In this document: positions 12,613 through 25,915 of the stretch, piece after piece | How the letters are laid out: each line of letters opens with the position of its first letter | How positions within the stretch are numbered: the stretch's first letter is position 1 | DNA from: Lama guanicoe | Lineage: Eukaryota | Length of the DNA: 60,000 bases | Assembly (NCBI GenBank): GCA_013239625.1 | Contig: MU053881.1 | Span: forward strand, 7,897,957 to 7,957,956 | Direction of reading: 5' to 3' | Made by a program: the position numbers and the translations under genes | The notes under the pieces: generated by a model | The model's input: the letters and a program-made list of their open reading frames with translations, nothing else | What the model was told of the DNA's origin: nothing | Database searches by the model: none

Positions 12613-13974
12613 TGCTAGTCAAGGCAGAGCCCGCCCCACCTGGGGGTGTGCAGCGGCCCTCCTTGTGGAATGAGTGTGCTCCAGGCAAGGATGTAGCTCG
12701 TGGAAAAGCAGATGAGCACTAGCTTGGCCTGTTAGAAGCGTCAAAAGCAGATAAGCGTGGCTGGAGATAAGTATGTGATGAGACCCAAGAGAGAGGCAAG
12801 AAAGAGCCAGACCATGTAGGGCTTTGCACTAGAGGCGGTGGGAACTCTGAAGAGAATGCGCTCATTAATAGTTTTACCCTTGACAGTTCTGTCCGTACAT
12901 AGGAGACCGAATCTCCCCTGTGCTTCTGCCTAGAATGTTTCTGGGCATGAAGCCGTCTCAACCTGTCACAGATTTAGGGGGGAGGGGACTGCAAAGAAAG
13001 CTTGCAGACAGCCCACTTTAAAATAGCTAAAATTTAGGCAAACGCTTTCCCCATTCTGGAGTTTTAGATGGGAGACTTTCTTAACAAAATACCTTAAATG
13101 TCACAAAATTTTAGGACACAGCTTTTACTGTTTCCCGGGATTTAGACACACGTACACCAGCAGCACCGAAACCAGGCCCACAGAGAGAGCTCCAGGTCCT
13201 CACTCACCCCTGACGCAGAAGACTCTACTCCCCAAGTATGTGCTTCATCTAGTTGGTTCAAGAAAAATAAATATAAAAGTCTGGCATCAACAGATCCCCT
13301 CCTTCCTCCCTTTCCTACTGGACTCGCAGTTACTTTAGACTTTCTCGTGGAAGGAGGAAAGATGACTGAAGTGCCAAACCCAACCGTCATCTCAAAGTGA
13401 CGGGTCCAAAATTAGAACAAAGAGAAGGCCATCAATCACTCCCAGGTGATGAATCACGACCCGGCCGTAAGCAGAGCCGCTCCGTGATGTATTATGTTTA
13501 TATCTGACTCTCCGGCTCGACAGTTGGCCTTCGGCGGCAAGTTTCCTACATTATAAAGCTACTCCATGTGTGAGAACAGCTCAATCTGCACAACTCTCAG
13601 CCTAATTAATCCAATCGCAGGATGGTGATTAAGAGGCCAACAGTGGCATTTCCAGAGAGCATCCTCCATCCTCCCAGCAGCTAGCTTGTCCCAGGGCAGG
13701 TGGCTCTGGACCCAGAGAGTTCTGGGAGCCTGACCCACTTGGGACCCTCGCTCCGTTGTTCATAGCAAGGCTGACCAAGGGTAAAGGCCACACAACTTGG
13801 TCCCTCTGGGAGGAGTTTCAGCCTCACCGCAGAGGACGCTTGGTGGTGTAAAAGCTCCCTCTTCAAGAAGGCTCACCCCAGCTCCAAACACAAAGGAGCC
13901 AGAGTTAGGATCCCCAAGCAGGAGGACTTAATTCTAGATTGCATTATTCAGCCTGCTCCTTAGGAGGCGGCAGA

Positions 13975-14165
13975 AGGAAGGGGTGACACTTGAGACCTTT
14001 GTAGCATTGCTTACCTCTCTGACCGTCTCCTTCAACTGTAAATTGTCGCTTAATAGCACTTACTTCACGGGATATGTTTTAGGAGTAAATAGACTATTAG
14101 ATGAAAAGCTTTGGGACAATGTCTGGAATGTGGCAATGCTCAGTAGATGCCAGCTATTATAATTA
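13975..14165 (+). mobile_element. MIR SINE
   Basis: gcttacctctctgacc...ctgtaaatt...taatagcacttacttcac...gctcagtagatg. Confidence 0.7.
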
Positions 14166-14191
14166 TTACTATTGTTATTTGTGCCGTTCAG

Positions 14192-14640
14192 TGTATCACT
14201 CAAGATTCCTGTTTCAAGCTACAAAATCAGACGTAGGTGATTTGAGCACAAAAGGAATGCATTAAAAATGATACTGGGTGGCCTACAGAGTTGCTCAGAG
14301 AGATGGAAAATGCGACCTGGAGACTGCCCACCCAGGGAGAACCCCCAAAATCACCCTGGAGGTTTGAACTCGAGGGCGACCCTGCTACTCCCACCAGCTC
14401 CAGGGAGTGGGTGTCACACACCGCCACCCCCTCCAGCCACCACTGCCCCGGCACCCCATCTTGCTCAACCTCTGTAAAGGATGCTTCCAAATCCTCCTTC
14501 TCTGAGGAACCCACTCCTCATTCACCTGAGGATCTGGTAGCGTCTCAATGGCATGTCTCTGTCATTACTGCAAGGGAGTCTGGGAAGCAAGCGTCTGGCA
14601 TTGTCTGGTTTTACTGTAGAAGGGGGCTTTGCTTCCTACT
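14192..14640 (-). mobile_element. Old MaLR LTR (MLT1J/K/L-like)
   Basis: tgtatcactcaagattcctgtttcaagctacaaaa...aaaggaatgcatt...ctgcaagggagtctgggaagc. Confidence 0.65.
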
Positions 14641-16974
14641 AAGACTCAGAATTCAGAGAGTTCCCTAAATGTTGGGTGAAGGACGGGGCATGTGCAAAGT
14701 TGGGCTCCCGCATGGCGGTGAGGATCGTGTGTGCAAGCCCCGCCCTGCTTTTAGTGTGCTGGTGCTTCTGGAAGTACAGGAGAGTTTGGGGATTGAGTTC
14801 CTCTCACCCCCAAGGAGAAACCAAGTCATGTGAGAGCGTGTGGGAGGGGAGGGAAGAGTGTAAGAAAAGGAGTGCTAAAATAAAAGCCTAACAGTGGGAT
14901 GGGGAAGTAGCAGGCCTGAAGGGTAAGCAGTGCTTTGCCTGCTCGCTGCCCCGCGTGAGCGTTTACCAATGTTAATGAACGTGCTGTAATTACTGGACGA
15001 GCCCTCTGGCCACCTGAAGCCACATGCGTGTTAGAGGAAGGCTGGGGTCAGCTGTGGGAGCTGGCAGCGTTTCAGCAAGTGGCAGGCGCCCTTTCCTGCA
15101 CACTTAGGGCCACTGCAGAGAGCAGGGCTGCTCAGCGATGGGGCGGGGGTGGGGGCGTTGGAGGCTGAGCCTGGCCGGAGGCAGCAGGAGGAACATCCAG
15201 ATGCTCAGACCAGGGCTGGCCATCAGCTGGCCCAGGGGATTACCCTGCCCAGTGACCCAGCTGTGCAGATGCTCTGGTGTGAGTTCTGCCTTCCCTGCTA
15301 GGCCCCCGATGCTCTGGGCTGACCCCCCGCCCAGCTGGAGTCTGGAAACATCCCTTGCCGTCTCCCTGAGTGGCTGTGTCAGGATGATAAAACCTCTCCA
15401 GACAGCTGAGAGCCAGCACGGTGGCTCCGTCGGATTCATCTGAGACTCTTTAGCCTTAAATAATAAGTCACGTCTTCATTTGTACTCACCTTTCCTCACG
15501 GTCCCTTTGGAGCCGGAGAGACCTGATGTGAATAATGAAAGAGCTGATTTTATACAGAGACATACATGCCTTAGGTCATATGCTCCTCTCAAGGGCCAGC
15601 AGATACTTACAAACCTCATTTGATAGATGAGGGCAGCATCTGGGCTTCAGGAAGCTTCTGAGACTTCCCCAAGGTCACACAGCAGTAAGAAGAGGGCTGA
15701 TCTCGGGCCTCCGGTCTCCCCCGTGCAGTGCCCACACAGTCGTCTCTCCCCTTGTCTAGACCCACGTCAGTGTGGGAGGGAGGAGGGCACAGTGCTCGAC
15801 AGCCTTGGGGCTGGACTTCGCCTGCCTGGCTTGCTGGAAGGATTTAAGGTGATAATGCATGTAGAACACTTAGCACAGAGACAGTCAAATGACAGCTGTC
15901 GGTCATGTGCTCATTCTTCACGTTCATCATTATTCTCTGCTAGTCTCTACTCGCGCATGCCAGGGCCCCCCACTCTGCAGAGGGTCCTTTCTGTCTTGAC
16001 ACAGCACTTCCACGTGCGGGCCGGCCTCCTCTCGCCCTCCCCGGTTCCTGGAATCTGGAACTAGTCATTCTCATACCTATTCATAAAGAACTCTTTGGTT
16101 CTTTGGGGATCAAAACCAAACTATTGTTCTAGTCCCAACTCGAGCCAGCTTAGATCCAAGAAACATCAGAGGGAGCTTCTGTTACCTTCTAGTGTTTCCC
16201 GTGACACTCCGACAGCCTTGCACCTGTCACCCCACCCCCACCTCTAACCATCCCGACCCCATCCCTCTCCTCGGCCTGCGCTGTCCCACACTCCCAACCG
16301 CTCACACAAGGAACTGAGAAGGCAAGAGTGGTGACTTCCTGAACAACAGGCCGAGTCAGCCATGGTGGTAACTCAAGAACACAAGGCCTTCGTGTTGGAA
16401 ACAGACAGGGCGGGCAGAGTTTCAGTTCCAGGCTCCATCCTGGCTCCTAGCCTTGCCCTCAGCCATGACTGCCTGTCAGAGGGCTACCACAGGGCCCCCC
16501 CCCCCACTGTGGAGGCTTGTGTTGCTGAGGGGGAATGGAGAGCACAGGATGTTCTGCGGAGATACAGCTTTGCCAGAGGGTCTTCGAGCTAGAGAAGACT
16601 TCCAGAGCGGGAAAGCCCTCCTCCAGGGCCCTTCCCTGGCACAGTCCTTGTCACTCTGTGTGCCCACCCCCCCGCCCAGCAGTCAGTGTTCTGTGACCCT
16701 CCTTCCCCCAGAGGCTTCTTCCCCCTTATTTTACACAAAAGGCGTTGAATTAAACTCTGGGTTTCTCCTGCTGCTGCTGCTTAGATTGTGCAGAGATGGT
16801 TGTTATCTGTTGCTTCTGTTTACGAAGAAGAAAAACAAACAAAAAGTCAGGGACTGAAACTGACACAGTACCTTCTGTGTGATGAAGTGTAACAGAGACC
16901 TTCGGATCATCATGGCCACACATACCAAGGACCACCCGTGTGCCCCCACTGCTGCGAAGCTCAGTCTCAAGGCC

Positions 16975-17160
16975 CATCTCACATTAGCCTCATGATGACC
17001 TTACCTGTAGGGTGATTTCCCTTACAAGCTGCGCTTTCCAGCTTGGGAAACTGAGGCTGAAGGAGATGACGTAGCTTGCCCAAGGACCCACAGCCTGCAA
17101 GCAGGGAAGCCAGGATCCAAACCCAGCAGGCTGGCTCCCACACCCAAGTTCCTGACCTCT
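16975..17160 (-). mobile_element. MIR SINE
   Basis: gggaaactgaggctgaagg...gcttgcccaaggacccacagc...ggatccaaaccc. Confidence 0.8.
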
Positions 17161-17879
17161 ACACGTGCTTCGTTTTACTGAAGAGGGTTGATGATGATGA
17201 AGGTAGCACAGCAGTATGGGATTCTAAAAAGTGTGTAAGGTCAGTCTGAAAGTGAGGGCATCGGACTTTTTCGGAGGAAGAGGTAGCGAGAAAGTGTAGG
17301 TGCACATGGGTAGACACAGCCCGATGGCATTCAGGCGCTGGGTTTGGGAACTCGGGTGATGAATCTGGCCTTTGCATCTTTAAATACCTTAGAAGGTCAG
17401 ATTAGCTCAGAAACCCTGATGCTGAACCAAACACTTGGTCCTCCCGGTTGGCAAACATTAGCTGGTTGAAATACTTCCTGATGGAAATACCAATAACACA
17501 CTGACAAAAGTTCAGACTTGTTTCTAAAGGTCATCTCAGCCGGTGGAGCAATTAGTTCAAGTTTGCCGTTTGCCTTTCCCCGGTGAGAGTTTTAGCCGAA
17601 ACCTCAAATTTTAGTCCTCTCTGCAACATATGGTCAGTGACAAGAGGCAGCCTGAGATTAGACTCGATACAGAATGTGCGGTGATGAAAAATTACCCTTC
17701 ATCTGGGCCAGAAGCCGGGGTAGACATTCATACTGGGGCAAACTGACAGGCAGCAGCCTCTCCAAGGGCCATCTTTTCGATCTGTTACATGGATTACTCC
17801 CATGGGATGCTCTCCCCGAGCCCCAGAAGCATCCACTTGCCTCCCAGACACATCATCCCGACCGAATGTGCCGCAAGCC

Positions 17880-18440
17880 CCCAGATACTACCTCCAAAGC
17901 CCCCCCCCTTCTCCATCACCTGTCACCTTCCGCCAGGTGCCCCAGCCTTTCATCTTACCCAGCATCTGATAGGACTGTCTGCCTCCCTACAGTCTCTTTT
18001 CTTTTCCCTTCCTTTTCTATTCCCGCTTCCTCTGCCCTCATTCATATCCCATAACCTTTTGCCTGGCCTGTTACGGATACTCCACCTACATCCCTCCTTC
18101 CTGTGCCTCCTCTGTACTCAGGTGTAGTGACCTTTCTGGAACCTCCATCTGACCTTGACTTGAGCTGCTCAGAATCTTTTAGAATTCCCCAAAGCTCTCA
18201 GAATAAAGCCCAAACTCTTCTGTTGACTGGACTGGTCCCTGCTTGCTTCTCTAACTTCACCTGTTTCACACCCTCCACTCATTTTTTTTTCATTTCACTG
18301 TCTCTATGTGCATCTGCCTCCCTGCACCTTCCCTGCTCCTCCTCCCACCCCCTCCCTCTCCTCTTGCTGAACCCCAGGTGGGCCATGCTCTCTTAAACAT
18401 TTACACGCTACATCACTACCTGTAATAATCTTACTGCACA
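17880..18440 (+). mobile_element. L2 fragment
   Basis: Pyrimidine-rich L2 text, e.g. ctctcagaataaagcccaaactc...ggtccctgcttgcttctctaacttcacc. Confidence 0.55.
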
Positions 18441-19098
18441 TGGAGTACACTAAGCCCCCAGTGAAAGTTAGAAATCCTCTTCCCAGGTTTCTGAGCCCTC
18501 TGGACTCAGATGCCTACAGGCTGAGTTCCTCAGGGAGCCAGAGCGCAGGCGCCCCCTCTCCAGTGAATTGCACAGGACCTGCTACCTGGTAAGTGCTGAA
18601 AGCTGTCAGTGGGACAAACGGGGTCTGAATACACCTTCAATGTCACTGCTCATCCTTCTGACTCTGGTCCTAAAGTGACTCTGATTGCAGATCTCCCGCC
18701 TCCTGCTTTTTGGAGCCCGAGTTCCAGTTCCTCGTCCCATACCTCCCCTGCCAACCGCATGTCACTCCTCTGCCCCTCATACGTTATATGGGTGCATCTG
18801 GAAGACAGTCCCCGGCCATGATGGGCCGTCTCTGGCGCTGGGTTTGCATTCACCTCCCGTCTCTGACTCCGAGGATTCCCATGCCTCTTGATATGTCCAG
18901 CTCCCCCTGGGGTGGTTGTGAGGCTTCACTGAGACAGTTTGCATAAAGCGTGTGGCCCGTGTCTCACCAGTCAGCGAGGGCAGCCGCCACTCCTGTTGTG
19001 CCCCATCTGTGCCTTCTCCTCCATTGCAGCGGAGTTTACCCCTACCCACTTATTTCTCCTGTATGTCACAGAGGCTAAAAACAAACCCAGCAAACTTA

Positions 19099-19258
19099 TT
19101 TTTTTTAAGTTTTTTTTTATGGTCGGGGGAGGTAAATTAAGTTTGTTTGTTTGTTTGTTTGTTTATTTATTTATAAAGGAGGTACTGGGGATTGAACCCA
19201 GGAACTCATGCACACTAAGCGTGCGCTCCACTGCTTGAGCTATACCCTCCCCAGCCCT
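19099..19258 (-). mobile_element. tRNA-derived camelid-type SINE (vic-1-like)
   Basis: Head ggggagggtatagctcaagcagtggagcgcac with B box ggttcaatcc on the - strand; perfect 12-bp TSD ccagcaaactta at 19087-19098 / 19259-19270. Confidence 0.95.
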
Positions 19259-20053
19259 CCAGCAAACTTACTAATTGAAATTGAACTTGCTCTGAGTAAG
19301 TTCCTATTTCAGAAGGTAATCTTTTCCTCTGAGAGCGTAAGAAAAGGATTCTGCATTCTCCTTTTGAGGCTTTTATGACTCAGATGTTATTTAATAGACG
19401 TTTCTCCCATAATCAGGAGAGTAAAAGCTCTATGTCAAAGCTTCTCCAGCTGGGCGGGCCGTGCGTGCACTGTGCACACATGCAGCCGCCCGGGTGTGCT
19501 CTGCCATCCGAAGTCTCCTCACTCGCCTGTCTCATCGAACATCTAGGTATTTGGACCTCATTGCTTTAGGCCTTTGAAGAGTGGCTGTTGCTGAGCTAGG
19601 GGCGTCATAAGATACATGAGGTCCCTGGGGCATCCTATGGCAAAGTCCTACGAAACTTGCCAGGGTAGTGCCTCTCTAAGGGTGTTGTTGGGACACTGTG
19701 TTTTGAAAACTCACTGAAGAAATTCCTTTCCACCTTTGGTTGCCAGGAAGGACTTTATTTCTATAGAATGATTGATAAGTTTTCAACTTCTGTATCTCTC
19801 TTTGCTTTGGCCACTAGGAAGCTCAGAGTAGAACCTACCACCCCACCTTAAGCAAGTCCGTCTGATAATCAATATCGTCTTCTGACTTTACCCCAGGCTT
19901 CATCTTAGTGGCCTACCTTATCTTCCTTTTACTTTAGTCTCTTTATCTCATCAGCAACTGAATGCCCGACCCACAGTAAAGAATTGTTAACCCCAGTCTA
20001 GTTCCCAAAGTCTATTACCAACAGACTACTCTTCATACTTTTTTCCATAAAAA

Positions 20054-20075
20054 TGTGTGTGTGTGTGTGTGTGTA

Positions 20076-20133
<58 letters not shown>

Positions 20134-20176
20134 TTGTTTATTTATTTATTTATTTACTTAATTTATCTATTTATTT
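20054..20176. repeat. Compound microsatellite (TG)n(TA)n followed by (TTTA)n
   Basis: Directly visible. Confidence 0.97.
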
Positions 20177-21049
20177 TGGGGGGAATGGCAAAATATAAAT
20201 GAAGAAACTTTATTAATATTTTTTCTCTTTCCCTTTCTTTTTTCTTCCTTTATTGTCTCTCTTCTTAAAACATAGTGAGAGTTCCCTTAAAGCAGAATTT
20301 ATTGTACTTTTACAGTCGAACAGGGAATAGTCCTTACCAGCTCGGCTGGTGGAAAATTTCCAAGCTGCACAGTTCACTAGTTTATATTACCTAATAGAGA
20401 GATAAATAAGCCATGATTCTTCTTAAGGACTGGCTTTTAATTAGATTTTTAATGGATCCTCTTTGACTTTCCCAAGCATAAGTACTGCTATATTAGTTCA
20501 TTATTGTGATTAAGAGCAGCTAATAATGATCATAACTAAATAATTTTTCTCAAGTGTTTCAGTCCAGTTCGATGCCCTGCGTGTTAGCAGTAGCTGGCTT
20601 CTCCTCTTCTCTGCAGTGCACGACGGGGCCACTGTTTGGTGTTGGAGGCCGGGCAGCCTGCAGACACGGGGAAGTGCTTGGGACAGAGAGCACTGTCTCT
20701 CAGAGCCCACGTCTTTGTGTTCTATGGAGTGCTGCTCCCAACACCCTCCATGGTGTTCCTCTGATGAGAGAGGCTTCTGGCAACTCACCCGATTAACCCA
20801 ATCATGGTATTTCCCCAGGGCTGTTTAGGTCTCCAGTTTGGATGTGAGTTGAGTGGCCCAACTAGCTGGAGGTGGGTGAGCTTGCAAACGGCGGACCCAA
20901 GGGCTCAGCCTCACCCGTATTGGCCACTGGGCCATTGCAACACCCTCCCTGTGTGCACCAGCCCTTTCTCCTTAGAGGTGCAGAGGAGAATGAATTCTCC
21001 CTGTATATAATAAAGGGAGCCCCACTGCCTGTGTGGGGTAATTAGTTTT

Positions 21050-21720
21050 CGTTCTTTACCCTTTTAAAAATATATGCTTTATAAACAAAGGTGTGGTCAT
21101 TGTGGAAATTTTTGAAAATGCCTAGAAGGTACAGAATAACAACCGTAATTTGTTTTGCTGTCAATCCTGCATGTTTGTTCTTCTTGTCTTTCTCTAGGCA
21201 TGTATTTATCTCTACGTTCTTTTTTTGCAGAAATGGCATCGAGTTGTTGCCTTAGCAATATATCATGAACATTTTCCCATGTCACGAAACCATCGTCTAC
21301 CGAATCATTTTTTAAGGTCCACAGAGTGTGTCATTACATAGATGTACCATAATTCATTCATCTATGGCTATTGTTGGATATTTGAATTATTTCAAAGGCT
21401 TATATGAGTATAAGCAACACTGCAATTAATGTCCCTTTGAAAATATATTTGATGACTTCCATCTAAAAAAATTTTAGCTGCTGGGCCAAGGGGGTGGAGA
21501 ATTTTAACATTTTTGTTAATGTTCTCCTGTACTGGGAATTGTCGTTTTTATGATTAATATTCGTTTCTAGGTTTCAAGGCGCAGGGAATGGTAGTTGATT
21601 TATTTTGAGCTTTTATTCTTCCCATACAAGTAAGGTGGAACTTTTTCCATCCATGTGTGGGTCATTTGAGTTTCTTATTTTGTGGATTGCCTCTTGTCTT
21701 TTGTGCATTTCATGTGGTGA
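21050..21720 (-). mobile_element. Ancient L1ME-like 3' region
   Basis: aatatatcatgaacattttcccatgtca...gatgtaccataattcatt...ttgttggatatttg. Confidence 0.7.
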
Positions 21721-21974
21721 TGTTAATATTGGTGTGGTCATCTTTTGAGGGGCTCAGAGCGTCCGACTTTATCAAAAACAAAAAAAGGAGCTGAACTGGC
21801 TGTATTGCTGCGTGCTTCGGGGGAGGGTAGGATCAACTCCGGGCTTGGGATTGAGGAAGTATGGTGGCACCACTGCATCCAAATCTAGCGAATATCTGCA
21901 AGAAATTCCAGACTACCCAGGGATACTTTTAAGAATTTATTGCCAATTCTGGTGTTATGTGGGTCATTGTAGTT

Positions 21975-22170
21975 AGATCGTGTTTCATCCCTGGCTCTGC
22001 ATTTACTAGCTCTGTGAACTTGGGCCAGGTTGCCTCACCTTTCTGAGCCTTAGTTTCCACATCTGTGAAATGGGATAAGGACCCCTATCTCACTGAGTTT
22101 TCTCTAGTAGCAGATGTGATAAAGCTTATAAAACACACTGCTGGCACGATTACAACCCTGCGTGTGAGAA
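21975..22170 (+). mobile_element. MIR SINE
   Basis: cctggctctgcatttactagctctgtgaacttgggccagg...tctgagccttagtttccacatctgtgaaatgggataa. Confidence 0.85.
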
Positions 22171-22312
22171 GCAGTAAGATCCATGAGGAGTCAGAGAAGG
22201 GAGTGGCCGTCTGTAACGGCGCGTTCTACATAGTCAAGTACGCTCGTTAATTCCCTCAGGAAAAATGTGAAACTGGTGTATCTCGGGTTGGAAACACAGA
22301 TTCTGTATTCTT

Positions 22313-22433
22313 TTTTTTTTTTAATTGAGGTTTAGTCAGTTTACAATGTTGTGTCAATTTCTGGTGTACAGCACAATTCTCAGTCATGCATGAATATACA
22401 TATACTCATTTTTATATTTTTCACCGTGCTTGC
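22313..22433 (-). mobile_element. Very short young L1 3' end
   Basis: Poly-T, then aattgaggtttagtcagtttacaatgttgtg; 11-bp TSD tctgtattctt at 22302-22312 / 22434-22444. Confidence 0.9.
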
Positions 22434-23849
22434 TCTGTATTCTTATCGCTGAAATCTCTGCTCTTTAAAAACTCATTGAAATGTCCTAAAAAAAAATTTT
22501 TTTAAAGAAAACCACAGTGCTTGGCACGAAGGTGGCAGCCATTGAAAGATGCCCTTCTTGTCATTATTATCACTGAAGAACCTGTGTGGGGTGATGTCCA
22601 GTTTTCTGCTGCAATGTGTCACTTTTGACGTAGCCTTGATGTAACCCTTGGGGCCTCCCTCAGTCTCTCTCCATCAGTCTTTGCTTAGGGCACAAGCGGG
22701 GAGGGGTGCATGCTGTGTTAGAACAAAGTCTTGCAGCTCCCATGGGATGGTTCCTCTTGGGGGATTTGTAGATATCCCATCTCCCTCCTGGCCCACAGTG
22801 CCGTGGGAATAGAAGCTCTCCCAGGACCCAGGGACACCTTGGGGAGGATGACTTGGCCTCCATGTGCCCCAGCAATGAGTGGGATTCCTGACATGGCTCA
22901 AGTCAAAGGTCAAAAGTCAAGTCGAAAAGAGAATCGCTTTGGTGGTCAGGCTTCTCCAGTTGGTTCCCAAGGGATGGAGGCTTAGAACTTCTGGGGACAC
23001 CAGGACTTTGGCTCAACTCTACAAACACTTCAGAAGGGTCACCCAAGTGGACGCAAGTGTATTTAGGAAGAGCTGGGGACCCCACCATGAACCTGGGGCC
23101 CTGCTCTGTGTGATGGCTTCTGCATCATCCATTTGGGATGGAGTAGGGAGAATTTCCTCTGTCCTTTTTCACTCTGGGACCCCATGTGACACCCTAAAAA
23201 TAGCAGCTGCTGTAAAGGTGGGTGCGGAATGTTATCTGGTAGTCGGAGAGAGAAGATGTGACGGTGTTTGAAGTGAGTTTGAAAGAGGCATCCCTCTTAC
23301 TGCTTATGAACATCTAAGGCTCTCTAAGGAATCCTCCTGGCACGGTTTAGGTAGTGGCTACACGTCCAGATGTGAACCTTTCCACCAGTGTGACATACAA
23401 CAATCTAATCATGTGAACTTGGCTCCTCTGGGCTTCCATTTCTTCAAGAACAATAGTAATGATTTCCACACCTTACTCAAAGGAAAAGTTTTGAGGATAA
23501 ATTAACTAGGAGTCAAAGCTCAAAGCTCATACTGTCAGGGTGAGCGGTTTAAGCTGGGTTTGAGTTTCAGAACTGCCAGGGAAAAGCCCTCTGGAGCTTT
23601 GATTTCTCTGCTTTTAAAACGGAGAGGTGGAACTGGTTCTCTTCGAGCTGTAACATCCTGGGAGCCTCTGTGACATGTCCAAAAGGATTCATCACCAGCA
23701 AATCCCTAGAATATAGACGGTATGTTTAGAACTGAGTCACTATTGAAGAGAATCCAGCTTCCCAGGACGGGAGATGTGCAGAGAGGAGAGAGATTGCCCT
23801 TTCTTGTAGCTGCCGTCAGCCACAAGCAGCAAGAACACTCAGCATCCAG

Positions 23850-24085
23850 GCAGCATCACACTGAAAGTACGTTAAATTTGGGTTCAAATCTTGGCTCAGT
23901 CACTTTCTAGCTGTGTAACTGAAAATGAGTCATCTCACCTCTCTGGCCTCAGTTTCCATCTTTGTAAAAAAAAAAAGCAATGGATAATACGTCCACTGCG
24001 TCTTGTGAGTGGCAGATACGACCGTGTGCCTAAAAACACTTGCATCTTATAGGGCCTCACACATAGTGGGCACTTCGCTAATGTG
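23850..24085 (+). mobile_element. MIR SINE
   Basis: ttgggttcaaatcttggctcagtcactttctagctgtgt...cacctctctggcctcagtttccatc. Confidence 0.8.
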
Positions 24086-25440
24086 ACCACCGTTGCTCTC
24101 ACTGGACTGAAACAGAGAAGACAAATTTCTGTTCTAGCCACCCAGAGAATCGAGAGGCAGTGAGCCAAGAGACGTTGGAGCAGGCAAAGGTTGTTCTGTC
24201 TGCCTGTCTCCCCTTCCTAACTTCAGTTAGGGTCCTTCCAGAAAGTCACAGGTGAATCATCACAGTGAAGTCTGACTTTTGATAATTCAGGAATGTGCAT
24301 CTGTGTATCTGTCTAAGGAAGAGCAGTGGAATCTATTTTACCCATTTTTCTGGCACCAAGCAGAATGGAAAGGTGTTCATCTGTAATGGGCTTGTTTCGT
24401 GCCTTAAACTTTTCCCTTATGAAAATAATTTACCTTGCTAATTACATCGCATTAACCAGCTTCTCCCGGTATAGATTAAAGGAAGGCTTTTTCAAATCAT
24501 TCCATAAATTGAAAGCAGTCCTCCCAGATACATGATTTCACGGATAAACACTGCATTTGTGTTGTCAGAATCTGTGTTGAGAGGAAATGTATCCTTAAAG
24601 AAATATTTTGCAGTAGTTTTTAACATCTTTCATTCCTTCTGCTTGCTGCTCCTAGTACCATAATATAAATGTGCAAGCTGTTAGCGTGAGATGAACATTC
24701 TGAGAGCGTCAGGGGCCACCTGCCTACGTGGCTGGCTTGTTATTTAAATTCCCTTCGCATTTCACAGATTTAAATACTGCCAGAGTCCTGATTTATGTTG
24801 TCCGTATCACACACATAAAATTTTCACTGGGATTGCCCTGTTTCTCAGGCATGGGAGGAAGTCAGTTGTGGCCGCAGGTGGAGCGGACAGGGTGTGAAGA
24901 CCCGAGGAGAGCATCTAGAAGCCAGTGGGACTGTGGCAGGGTTTGGGAGTCTCAGTGCTGCCATGTCTGTCCCTGCTCCTTCCGTCAGCCACAAAAGATT
25001 TAAGAGACGTGGGAGGATTGAAGGAGCAGAGACATTTAGGAGAAGAAATGCTGAGGGGTATCATCTGTTCCTGGTAGGAAAGAAATCCGCAGCCCCTCCT
25101 TCCAGAGATGGAGCTGCTGGGATGCAAAGGGGCGGTCCTGTAAGAGGAGATTGAATTCAATGACCTTGGAGAAGACAGAGCTGACTGCCCAGGTCCCGCA
25201 TCTGGCACCAGGGCAAGTCTTGGCTCTTTGTGTACAGCTGGTGCTGCGGCTCAGCTGGCATTTAGGATTCCAGACTTCTCTCCTCTGGGTGTCTGCAGCT
25301 GCCAACATGCTAATTTGTCCAAGCGTCATATTTAAGCCTGGCGGATAATCCAACAGGTGCATTTTAAAACAGTTCAGACAAGTAAAGTTTCCATTTCAGA
25401 ATGTAAGGAACGTCTTGGCAAAGACTTGATTTTGAAGAGG

Positions 25441-25443
<3 letters not shown>

Positions 25444-25474
<31 letters not shown>

Positions 25475-25481
25475 CACACAC
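25444..25481. repeat. (CA)n microsatellite
   Basis: Directly visible. Confidence 0.95.
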
Positions 25482-25776
25482 TCTCCATCTCTCTCATTCA
25501 TAGTTAAAGATCTTTCTCCTCCCTGGCTATGTTGAGAACTTCTCTGTATGAGCAAGGCAGGGAGGGAGCGTTAATGGGAAGATGAGGATGACAACAACCT
25601 TTTCATGCCTGACTGTGTGCCAAGGGACTCACGAGTGGCAAAACTTCACAGACAGGGTCTCCGCCCTCATGGAATTTACATTATCTTGGTTGGAGAGACA
25701 GACCGTAAGAATCAAACATGGGAGTAAACGAAATGATTTCAAAGCATGTGACGTAGTAATTTAAAAACACAATGGG

Positions 25777-25915
25777 CAGGAGAGGTTAGCTCAAGTGGTA
25801 GAGCGCATGCTTAACACGCACGAGGTCCTGGGTTCAATCCCCAGTACCTCCTCTGAAAATAAATAAATAAAATAAATTACCCCCTCAAAAATAAATAAAA
25901 TTTAAAACAAACAAG
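25777..25915 (+). mobile_element. tRNA-derived camelid-type SINE (vic-1-like) inserted in an L2 (~25600-26100, -)
   Basis: A box tagctcaagtgg, B box ggttcaatcc, (AAAT)n tail; TSD aaacacaatggg (25765-25776) / aaacacagtggg (25916-25927) at a TT|AAAA site. Confidence 0.95.

Noticed and set aside
25786..25850. tRNA-like sequence
   Set aside because: It is a SINE head with an A-rich tail and TSD, not a tRNA gene; the same applies to the other three copies.
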